From assembly GCA_965649295.1 (NCBI GenBank), contig CBFGKH010000002.1:160001-224000 (forward strand): 64,000 nucleotides of DNA, in the 5' to 3' direction. Below the pieces are notes generated by a model that worked only from the letters and a program-made list of their open reading frames with translations, was not told where the DNA came from and searched no databases. Made by a program: the position numbers and the translations under genes. The stretch comes from a candidate division WOR-3 bacterium (GTDB lineage Bacteria > Hydrothermota > Tepidihabitantia > Tepidihabitantales > Tepidihabitantaceae). Below, piece by piece: positions 1 to 8,152 of this stretch (positions within the stretch are counted from its first letter, which is position 1; each line of letters opens with the position of its first letter).

Positions 1-578
1 CGATTTTGGTGCTGCTCTGTGCCGGGCTCGGTGCGCTGGTGCTTGTCACCCTGACCTTCTTTTCGGACCGGGCGCACAGCCTGGTCAACCGGGTCTTTGG
101 CCGGATTCGGCTGCTGCGTCTGGGCGAGCGGCTGGACCGAGCCTACGACGCGGTGAAGCAATACCGGCATTCGGGCGGTGCCTTGGCAGTGAGCTTTCTT
201 GCTGGCATGGGCGTGCAGACGATGCTGGCCTTCTCGTGGTGGAGCACGGCCCGAGCCATTGGCGGCACCGTGCCGCTCGTCTATTACCTGATATTCATTC
301 CCTTACTCAACATCATCGTCAACATCCCGACCATCGGCGGTATCGGTGTGCGGGAGTGGGCGTTTGTGCTTTTGTTCACCCCGACCTGGCTGACCGGTCG
401 CCTGACCGAGGAGCTGGCCCTGGCCGCAGCACTACTCTTTCTGGCGCTGGACCTGGTTTTTGCCCTGGCCGGTGGTGTGCTTTTTGCCTTTGCGCGGCGG
501 CCAGTTCAGGAGGCCGCGAAGATGACCATGACATCCAAGGAGGACGGAGATGCTGCCCGTTCCCAGACCCTGTCTTGA
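1..578 (+). CDS. Lysylphosphatidylglycerol synthase TM / flippase-like membrane protein (5' partial)
   Basis: Multi-TM ORF running off the left edge, with a P-T-I-G-G-I-G-V-R-E motif typical of the LPG_synthase_TM family. Confidence 0.7.
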   Translation, partial: ILVLLCAGLGALVLVTLTFFSDRAHSLVNRVFGRIRLLRLGERLDRAYDAVKQYRHSGGALAVSFLAGMGVQTMLAFSWWSTARAIGGTVPLVYYLIFIPLLNIIVNIPTIGGIGVREWAFVLLFTPTWLTGRLTEELALAAALLFLALDLVFALAGGVLFAFARRPVQEAAKMTMTSKEDGDAARSQTLS

Positions 579-1650
579 AAGCGTCAAGCCTTACCAGCCG
601 GGCAAGCCGATTGAGCAGCTCCGGCGCGAACTCGGACTGAAAGGGCCGATTATCAAGCTCGCCTCAAACGAGAACCCACTCGGCCCGAGTCCGCGGGCAC
701 TGACTGCTCTGCGCCGGGCCATGCCGGAGTTCAACCGCTATCCGGAGGACGCCTATGTTGACCTGAAAGAGAAGCTGGCGACGTTCTACAAGGTTGACCC
801 GGAATCGGTTATCCTCGGCAACGGCTCGGTTGAGATTATCCTGATGCTCTGCCTCTGCTACCTGCAGCCGGACGATGAGATTATCATGTCAACCCACTCG
901 TTTTTGATGGCGCGCGTTCACGCCGGCATCATGAGCGCCCGCGTGGTCAGCGTGCCGGAGACCGACGATCGGCGGCACGACCTCGAGCAGATGCTGGCCG
1001 CGGTCACGCCCAAGACGAAGTTCATCTACATTGACAATCCCATCAATCCGCTCGGCACGATTGTCACGCGCGACGAGTTCAGCAACTTCATGGAGCGGGT
1101 GCCGGAGCATGTCACGGTCATCTACGACGAGGCCTATGCTGAGTACATCACCAGCCGCGACTATCCGAAGTCCCTCGACTACTACAACCGCAAGAAGAAT
1201 ATCGTCATCCTGCGGACGTTCTCAAAGATACACGGACTGGCCGGGCTGCGCATCGGCTACGGCTTTGCCCAGCCCGAGGTGGTCAGCCACCTAGCCAAGG
1301 TGCGGCTGCCATTTCATATCAGCCGCGCCGGGCAGGCGGCAGCGATTGCTGCCCTTGACGACAAGCGGCACATTCTGCGCAGCCGGAAGGTCAACGAGGC
1401 AGGCAAGGAGTACTTCTACCGCGAGTTCAAGAACATGCCGCGGCTTTTCTATCTCAAAAGCTACGGTAACTTTGTCTTCATCAACTTTGCGGTGGACGCG
1501 AGGGAGATTACCGATCAGCTCGATCGGCGCGGGGTCATCACCCGGCCGCTCCATGCCTACAACCTGAGTACTGCTGTCCGGCTCTCGGTCGGCACGCCGG
1601 CCGAGAACAAGCGGTTCATCAAGGCGCTGCGCGAGGTTCTTGGGCCGTAG
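550..1650 (+). CDS. hisC: Histidinol-phosphate aminotransferase
   Basis: KLASNENP, GNGS, NPxNPxG, DEAYxEY and RTFSKIHGLAGLRIGY PLP-lysine motif. Confidence 0.93.
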   Translation: MLPVPRPCLESVKPYQPGKPIEQLRRELGLKGPIIKLASNENPLGPSPRALTALRRAMPEFNRYPEDAYVDLKEKLATFYKVDPESVILGNGSVEIILMLCLCYLQPDDEIIMSTHSFLMARVHAGIMSARVVSVPETDDRRHDLEQMLAAVTPKTKFIYIDNPINPLGTIVTRDEFSNFMERVPEHVTVIYDEAYAEYITSRDYPKSLDYYNRKKNIVILRTFSKIHGLAGLRIGYGFAQPEVVSHLAKVRLPFHISRAGQAAAIAALDDKRHILRSRKVNEAGKEYFYREFKNMPRLFYLKSYGNFVFINFAVDAREITDQLDRRGVITRPLHAYNLSTAVRLSVGTPAENKRFIKALREVLGP

Positions 1651-1838
1651 CCAGACACGTCCATTTTGACCGCCGGCTCCGCAGGGAAATGCGGGGCCGC
1701 GTGTCTAATAGGCTAGCAGCAACATGGGTAGTTCCGGCGACAACTGACTGACCAGCTTGGCAGGCCTGTCAGTTGGGCTAGCGCCAACCGCGAGGCTGTA
1801 GGCAAGAACGAAAACCGAGAAGAGTTACAGGAGGTAGC

Positions 1839-3833
1839 ATGAGAGGTCTTCTGTGTGAGGGCGCCCAAGGCAACGGTTCCGGGGCGAGCATAGGGCGAGG
1901 CTGGCTTGGGGCGTTGCTACTGGTATGGGCTATTGTCGGTAGCGCTGCGGCCTGGACATGGGACGTGGCAGCGGTGCGGATTATCGCTCCAGCCGGCAAC
2001 GTTGATTCGGGCATGGTGGTTACACCAAGCGCCGTGGTCAGGAATCTTGGCGACAGCACAGCGTCGTTTCCGGTCGTCTTCACAATTGGCACGAGTTACA
2101 CCGACACCCAGGATGTGAGTGAGCTTGGTCCTGGCGACTCACTGGTGGTGGCATTTTCGTCGTGGACAGCGCTGGTGCGGGGCAGCACCCTGGCTGCATG
2201 TTCGACAGCGCTGGCAGTGGATGAGAGCACTGCCAATGACCGGGTGGCCAGCACTTTCACTGTCCGGGTGCGGGACGTAAGCGTTGATCGGATCATTGCT
2301 CCGGTCGGAGTTGTCGAGTCGGGGCGGGTGGTTACACCGCAGGCCCAGGTGACCAACCGTGGCACTAACAATGCCAATTTCCAGGTGACGTTTCGAATCG
2401 GCACGGCCTACAGCCGGAGCACGATGGTGAGTGGATTGGCTCCGGGTGCATTCCGGATCGTAAGCTTCCCAACCTGGGCAGCGGACACGCTCGGCCACTA
2501 CCCGGTCGCCTGCACTGCCGCAATGAACAACGACCAGGTGCCGGAGAACAACATCGTCCACGACTCCTGCACTGTTGCGCTTGTCGTGACCGATGTCGGC
2601 GTGGTGCGCATCGTCGGGCCGCGCGGCAACATTGACTCCGGCGCGGTCATCGCTCCCCAGGCAATGGTGCGCAACTACGGAAGCAGGACTCTCTCTTTTG
2701 CCACCGTCTTTACAATTGGCACAAGCTATGCCGATACCCAGCCGGTGACCGACCTTGGGCCGTTCGATTCGGTGCTCGTCACCTTCAGCGACTGGACAGC
2801 AACCGAGCTCGGCAGATTCCCGACGCGCTGTTCAACAATGCTCGCCGGCGACATGAACCCGGCCAACGATTTCCGCTCTGACTCGGTGGCGGTTATCTTC
2901 CGCACCAATGACGTGGGCGCAGTGCGAATTCTGGCTCCGGCTGATACCGTTGATTCGGGCGCGGTCATCACTCCGGTCGCGGTGGTGCGCAACTACGGCC
3001 TGACCACTGCCTCGTTTCCGGTAACGATGCGGATTGGTTCGAGCTTTGTCAGCACGGTGCAGGTAACCGACCTTGATGCCGGTGACTCGGCAATCGTCAC
3101 CTTTGACGACTGGACAGTCGCCCGCCGCGGCAACACACCCGCAAGCTGCAGCACCGCGCTGGCTGGTGACCAGGTGCCGGCCAACGATGTCGTGCGCAAG
3201 ACTGTGTTCCGCCGGGTGCGCGATGTTGGCGTCACCGCGATTCTGGCTCCGATCGGAATCCTCGACTCCGGCACAGTGGTGCTGCCGCGGGCCAGGCTGC
3301 GCAACTGGGGCAATGTTATCGAGACATTCCCGGTAGTCTTCCGCATCGGCACCTTCTACGCCGACACCCAGTACACGGCTGACACCGCTGTTACCTTCCG
3401 ACCCTGCACGCTCAGCCTTGTCGGCACGTTCTCGACCCAGTGCTCAACAGCTATGACCGGTGACATGGTGCCGACCAACGACCTGCGCACCGACTCAGTC
3501 GTAGTCCAGTATCCGACCGGCATTGCCGGGCCTGGGCCGGTTGACGCCATTCCCAGCCAGCTAGTACTGCGCAGTATCGGCTCGAGCCTGTTCAGTCGCC
3601 AGGTCAGTATCAGCTACGGTCTGCCCAGAGCAGCCGAAGTGAAGCTCGAAGTTTACGATGCTAGCGGCAAGCCGGTCAGCACCATCGAAGCCGGGCCCAA
3701 ACCGGCCGGGTACCACACCGTAGTCTGGGACGGTGCTGACAGCTACGGCACCCAGTTACCGACCGGCGCCTATTTCGTGCGACTGGCTGCTGATGGTCTC
3801 ACTCGAACCGGCAAGATTGTGAAACTCGACTAG
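1839..3833 (+). CDS. Secreted CARDB-like Ig-repeat protein with C-terminal FlgD/T9SS-like sorting domain
   Basis: Signal-like N-terminus, about five DVxVxxIxAP...VxNxG...PAND repeats, tail VYDASGK...WDG...GAYFVRL; RBS ggaggt. Confidence 0.8.
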   Translation: MRGLLCEGAQGNGSGASIGRGWLGALLLVWAIVGSAAAWTWDVAAVRIIAPAGNVDSGMVVTPSAVVRNLGDSTASFPVVFTIGTSYTDTQDVSELGPGDSLVVAFSSWTALVRGSTLAACSTALAVDESTANDRVASTFTVRVRDVSVDRIIAPVGVVESGRVVTPQAQVTNRGTNNANFQVTFRIGTAYSRSTMVSGLAPGAFRIVSFPTWAADTLGHYPVACTAAMNNDQVPENNIVHDSCTVALVVTDVGVVRIVGPRGNIDSGAVIAPQAMVRNYGSRTLSFATVFTIGTSYADTQPVTDLGPFDSVLVTFSDWTATELGRFPTRCSTMLAGDMNPANDFRSDSVAVIFRTNDVGAVRILAPADTVDSGAVITPVAVVRNYGLTTASFPVTMRIGSSFVSTVQVTDLDAGDSAIVTFDDWTVARRGNTPASCSTALAGDQVPANDVVRKTVFRRVRDVGVTAILAPIGILDSGTVVLPRARLRNWGNVIETFPVVFRIGTFYADTQYTADTAVTFRPCTLSLVGTFSTQCSTAMTGDMVPTNDLRTDSVVVQYPTGIAGPGPVDAIPSQLVLRSIGSSLFSRQVSISYGLPRAAEVKLEVYDASGKPVSTIEAGPKPAGYHTVVWDGADSYGTQLPTGAYFVRLAADGLTRTGKIVKLD

Positions 3834-3858
3834 CCAGAGTATCGAGATAGCAAGTCAG

Positions 3859-3893
3859 GGCCGGCAGACAGTAGTTCTGCCGGCCTCCTTCTT
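3859..3893 (+). terminator. Probable intrinsic terminator
   Basis: GGCCGGCAGA-N7-TCTGCCGGCC followed by TCCTTCTT. Confidence 0.6.
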
Positions 3894-3897
3894 GCCG

Positions 3898-4240
3898 GCA
3901 AGAAAAGGCCGGGAAGGACCATCGCTAGCCAAGACCAGAGCACCGGTTCAGGCAGGCGGGTAAAGCTTAGGCCAAACCCGAGCAAGAAGCCCTGCCCCAA
4001 GACCGCCCGAGGCTCAGAACTTAGCCCATACGCCAGCCCAACCGCTGGGCTAATGACAGGCAAGGCGCCAAGCCGGATAGAAGGCTTGTTCGGCAAGACA
4101 TTCGCAAATAGGCCTGATGGCGTGCTCGGAGAGAGCGTTGCCAACCCGTCACCCAAGAGCTTGGGGAACCACTCCCGGGACAGTGGAGGGTGGGTAGGGC
4201 CGAAGTCGGCTATCAGCTTGTAGGGAATAAAGTTATAGCG
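3898..4240 (-). repeat. 12-bp phased array element, copy A (leader + CCCGGG + 23 units)
   Basis: Reading the minus strand from 4173, 23 consecutive 12-mers have a pyrimidine at positions 6 and 7; leader shared with 32916-32976. Confidence 0.85.
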
Positions 4241-4378
4241 AAAACGGCCCGCACGAGCGACCCAAATGCAAGCTGGCCGCTATTTTCTCTGCACAGAACA
4301 GCGGCCCTGCGAGTATAACAGATTGGGGATGGCGAGCAGCACGCTAGCGCCTTGTATCCGGCCGAAAATCCACCCTTG

Positions 4379-4742
4379 GTCATTCCGAGGAACGCCCACT
4401 CCTTGTCATCTCGAGTAACCTTCACCTTCTGTCATTCCGAGGAGCGTTTCCCTTTGTCATTCCGAGGAACGTAGTGACGAGGAATCGCCTCTTCCCTTCC
4501 TCCGTCTCTCTTGGTTTCTCCTTTTCCTCCGCAGTTCTTCCTCCTTGTCTCTTCCTTGCAACTCTTGCCTTTTGGCTCTTGCGTCTTGCCTTTTCTTCTT
4601 TCGGCAATTCCCCTCGGCTCAGCTCGGGGCAGCCCCTCGGGTGCAACCGTCCTCGGAATGATATGGGTCTAGCGTCATCCCGGCCGCGCCACCACCTCCG
4701 TCATTCCGACCGAGCGAGCGGAGCGAGCGAGTGGAGGGATCT
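4379..4742. repeat. Cluster of REP-like GTCATTCCGAG elements plus a pyrimidine-rich tract
   Basis: GTCATTCCGAGG at 4379, 4431, 4456; inverted CCTCGGAATGA at 4651; GTCATTCCGACCGAGCG at 4700. Confidence 0.7.
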
Positions 4743-4777
4743 TCTCCCCCTCCTGCCCTTTCTTCACCTTCGTCTGC

Positions 4778-4805
4778 TTGACTTCAGTCGTTGTCTGCCT
4801 ACAGT
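4778..4805 (+). promoter_or_regulatory. Sigma70-type promoter of the R-M locus
   Basis: TTGACT-N16-TACAGT, ATG 6 nt downstream. Confidence 0.55.
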
Positions 4806-4811
4806 ATGGCC

Positions 4812-5060
4812 ATGTCGAAAGCCAATCAAGGAAAGGCCATGTCCGAGCCAAGCAGCAAAGCCCACAAGAGCCAGGAGCGCTTCTTTAGCGCCCTACGGGA
4901 CCTGTTCGTTGGTGCGAAGGTCGAGGGCGAGTCGGGCTTCATCAACCTGATGCGCATCAAGTCGCGCTACTACACCGACGTTTTCCCTAAACTCCAGTCT
5001 CTCTACCCTCGCGATACCAAAGGCACTCGAAGCTCACCTTGCCAACTAAGACGGTCTTGA
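4812..5060 (+). pseudogene. 5' stub of a type III R-M modification (Mod) gene
   Basis: ERFFSALRDLFVGAKVEGESGFINLMRIKSRYY resembles the N-terminus of a Mod family; similarity stops after about 60 codons. Confidence 0.7.
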
Positions 5061-6007
5061 GCCTCATCGAGGAATTCCTAAGCGTCCCAGCCGAGGACAT
5101 CGAGTTCGACTTGCGCGGCATCGGTTCCGTTCCCTGGAGCGAATTCCTTCTCAATCCGCGCAGGCTTCGGGGTTCGGACTTCCTCATGAGGTGGTCACAG
5201 GGGGTATGGAGCGAACAGCGCCTCATCCAGGCGGTCAACAAAACGAAAGACTTTTACGCCATACCCTACGGTCCGAGCAGTGTCGCACCGTCTGATAACG
5301 TGCGGGCTTTCGAGCTGTACTTCGAGCGCCTGGAAAGGGCAGGCTTGGGGAAAGTCAAACGGCCGGATCTTCTGGTCTTTCCGCGGAGCGCACGCACTAA
5401 GGTGGTCCGGCTCGTCCGGGCGGCTGGGGGCGTCGCCAATTTGCCATTCACAGAGGAAGGTGAATTGACCGAGCTGCTCAGGCTGGCCATTATTGCGGTC
5501 GAATGTGAGAACAGCCTTTGGCGAGCCGAGAAAATGCCTGGCTACGGACTCCCTTTAACGCCACAGAGATGGCTTGGCGGTAGGGCAGGGGTGAGGAGGA
5601 CTGCAGTTCTGCCGACGATCATCCTCAAGGAGGAAGACCGCCCACTACTGCAGAAGTGGCAGAAGCAGAACCGGGTCAGAATCCACATCTGGCATGCGTT
5701 CTATGAACGCGCCTATGGTATCTCGTTTGATGTCGCTCAGAACCTGATTGAAAATGGCTTAATTCTGCCAACGAGACAGGTTTTCCAGGCCCCGGGTGGA
5801 CCGACGACTACAAAGGTTCTGTACAAGATCTTCTATCAGCACGCTTATTCCCTTGCAGTAGCGGTTAAAGAACCATCGCTCGATGCCAAATACATCCAGG
5901 ACAGAAACGGACACATACTGCCTTATGTTCGGTTTCATGGTGGCAGGCTTAAAATGACTGACGAAGCACTGCAGGTGTTATCTACGGCGCGGAGCGGACA
6001 TCGATGA
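5039..6007 (+). CDS. AccI-family type II restriction endonuclease
   Basis: SDFLMRWSQGVWSE...YG...KRPDLLVF...AVECENS pattern (PD-(D/E)xK-like); coupled to an MTase gene. Confidence 0.7.
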   Translation: MPTKTVLSLIEEFLSVPAEDIEFDLRGIGSVPWSEFLLNPRRLRGSDFLMRWSQGVWSEQRLIQAVNKTKDFYAIPYGPSSVAPSDNVRAFELYFERLERAGLGKVKRPDLLVFPRSARTKVVRLVRAAGGVANLPFTEEGELTELLRLAIIAVECENSLWRAEKMPGYGLPLTPQRWLGGRAGVRRTAVLPTIILKEEDRPLLQKWQKQNRVRIHIWHAFYERAYGISFDVAQNLIENGLILPTRQVFQAPGGPTTTKVLYKIFYQHAYSLAVAVKEPSLDAKYIQDRNGHILPYVRFHGGRLKMTDEALQVLSTARSGHR

Positions 6008-7563
6008 CCAGAAGACTATCTTTGCGCCGAGCGGAACGCGAGAGACTCCGTGCGAAAGGCCAGTTCTGGACGCCAGACTGGGTTGCCGAAGCCATGACCG
6101 CATACGTTGCAGCTCACACCTGCACCGTGTTTGACCCAGCGGCGGGTGAAGGCGCTTTCTATCGCGCTTTGCTCAGGGTATGTCGGGGTCGCAGTGAGCC
6201 AATCCGTTTCATAGGCAGCGATCTTGATGGGCAACTGCTGATGAAGGTCAAGGAACAGGACTGGTACGACCCAGCGACCTGCCAACTCGAAACGAGAGAT
6301 TTCCTGCAAACGCCTACCCAGACGACCTATCCGGCCATTGTGGCGAACCCACCGTACATTCGCCACCATCGTCTGACGAGGGAGCTCAAGGACCGTCTAA
6401 GCTATCTTAGCCGTCGGACGCTTGGCCAGAAACTGGATGGTCGGGCCGGATTGCACGTTTACTTCCTCATTCAGGCGCTAACGCTCCTTCAAGACGGAGG
6501 GCGGCTGGCCTTCATCATGCCCGCTGACACCTGCGAAGGAGTGTTCGCACACACGCTATGGGAGTGGATAGCGCGGCGTTTCTGCCTGGACTGCGTGATC
6601 ACATTCGCGCCAGAGGCGTCCCCCTTCCCGGACGTCGACACCAACACCATGATTTTCCTCATCAGACGAGCCGAACCTGGGGATCACGTCTTGTGGGTCA
6701 GGTGTGTTAGGCGGGGCAGCGATCAGGTGCGACGTTTCATAGAGTCGTCGTTCTCGGACTTGGCGCTTGGCGATCTCGAGGTTTACAGGAGATCACTCAA
6801 GGAGGCGTTGAGCACCGGACTCTCCAGGCCGCCCCAGAGCGAAAAGGAACCGGTCTTCCGGCTACGCGATTTTGCACACGTGATGCGCGGTATCGCCACC
6901 GGCGCGAATGACTTCTTTTTCCTTACTGTGGAACAGGCGGCTGATCTGAAGCTACCTGCCGATTTCCTGCGTCCTGCAATAGGCCGGACGCGAGATGTAA
7001 CCGGTAGCGCGGTCACACAAGAAACTATGGCCGCCCTTGCGGCCAGGGGGCGCCCAACACTGCTGTTCTCTCCGAACGGTGACGACCCAGCAAGCTTCCC
7101 GCGGTCAGTGCGCGATTATCTGGAGCGAGGTGTGGAACGCGGATTGCCGAACCGGGCTCTGCTTTCAACTCGCCACCCGTGGTACAGGATGGAACGACGA
7201 GCAGCGCCCCCGTTCCTCTTTGCTTATCTCGGTCGGCGTAATGCACGGTTCATAAAGAACGATGCGCGCGCCGTGCCACTCACAGGGTTCCTGTGCGTAT
7301 ACCCCAATTCTGATGACCCAGTCTACGTTCAGCGACTGTGGCATGTCCTACAACATCAGAAGACGATCGCCAACCTACGCCTAGTGGGAAAGTCCTACGG
7401 TGCTGGCGCGATCAAAGTCGAGCCTCGTGCACTCGAGAATCTTCCTATTCCCAGTTCTGTTGTAGCGGCGGCGGGGCTTGCACCGATTCGAATAGCCTAC
7501 GATAAACCGCCGCAGCTTGATTTCGGCCAGCAGATGGTAGCTGGCGCACATTCTTCAGCGTGA
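6004..7563 (+). CDS. N6-adenine DNA methyltransferase (gamma class, Eco57I/TaqI-like)
   Basis: GQFWTP, FDPAAGEG (motif I), ANPPY (motif IV), RGIATGANDFF; ATGA overlap with the REase. Confidence 0.88.
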   Translation: MTRRLSLRRAERERLRAKGQFWTPDWVAEAMTAYVAAHTCTVFDPAAGEGAFYRALLRVCRGRSEPIRFIGSDLDGQLLMKVKEQDWYDPATCQLETRDFLQTPTQTTYPAIVANPPYIRHHRLTRELKDRLSYLSRRTLGQKLDGRAGLHVYFLIQALTLLQDGGRLAFIMPADTCEGVFAHTLWEWIARRFCLDCVITFAPEASPFPDVDTNTMIFLIRRAEPGDHVLWVRCVRRGSDQVRRFIESSFSDLALGDLEVYRRSLKEALSTGLSRPPQSEKEPVFRLRDFAHVMRGIATGANDFFFLTVEQAADLKLPADFLRPAIGRTRDVTGSAVTQETMAALAARGRPTLLFSPNGDDPASFPRSVRDYLERGVERGLPNRALLSTRHPWYRMERRAAPPFLFAYLGRRNARFIKNDARAVPLTGFLCVYPNSDDPVYVQRLWHVLQHQKTIANLRLVGKSYGAGAIKVEPRALENLPIPSSVVAAAGLAPIRIAYDKPPQLDFGQQMVAGAHSSA

Positions 7564-7602
7564 CGTCAATTGGCTTACAGGGCCAGCAGCAACTCCGTGA
7601 GT

Positions 7603-7827
7603 CTGACCGCCGCAATAAGGGTCAGTGCTGAGAAGGATTCCGCACACATTGACCTGTCCTAGTTACACATGGATGTCGACCTGGGAGAAATCCTCTCCAG
7701 TCTGCTCGGCAAGCGCATCCGCCGCATCAAGCCTGATTCGGTTGAGTTCGAGGACGGCATGGTCATCGACTTGACCAAGCAGGACTTCGAGTTCTTCAAG
7801 CTCACTAAGCCGCTCATCTGGTGGTAG
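7603..7827 (+). pseudogene. 3' remnant of the type III Mod gene
   Basis: Translates ...HIDLS*LHMDVDLGEILSSLLGKRIRRIKPDSVEFEDG...KLTKPLIWW*, matching the KPLIWW C-terminus of that Mod family; internal TAG. Confidence 0.7.
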
Positions 7828-7848
7828 CCAGACTGGGATAGCAGCCAC

Positions 7849-7914
7849 ATGGCCCGCACCTTTCTTCAGGAAATGGTCGAGAGCCGGGCCTACGAGTTCC
7901 TGCGGGCTAGCTAG
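7849..7914 (+). pseudogene. 5' remnant of a type III Res gene
   Basis: MARTFLQEMVESRAYEFLRAS* directly after the Mod remnant, resembling the cognate Res N-terminus. Confidence 0.45.
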
Positions 7915-8152
7915 GCATCGAGATCGAAACGTTTGAGTCGTTCTGCCCTTCTGGGCAGGGACGGCGTAGGCTTTCTTCTTCAGAACAGCAGAATTGAGTC
8001 CAGGGCGCGGTGTTCTGGATAAGGGCTGGTTGAACGGTGGTGCTGTCGTTGCTGAACGAGGGCAGAGTGATGAGGAGGTGGCAGAATGGCGGGTGGCGAA
8101 GGCAGCGGCAATTGCCGGGTGTGACTTTGTGGCTATGATGTGCGTCAGAGTG

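Noticed and set aside
3831..4223. Open frame continuing past the CARDB gene's TAG (possible readthrough)
   Set aside because: The protein already ends in a complete sorting tail, a terminator hairpin follows, and the extension is the phased array
3898..4742. CRISPR array
   Set aside because: No identical 23-47 bp repeats with regular spacers and no cas genes in the window
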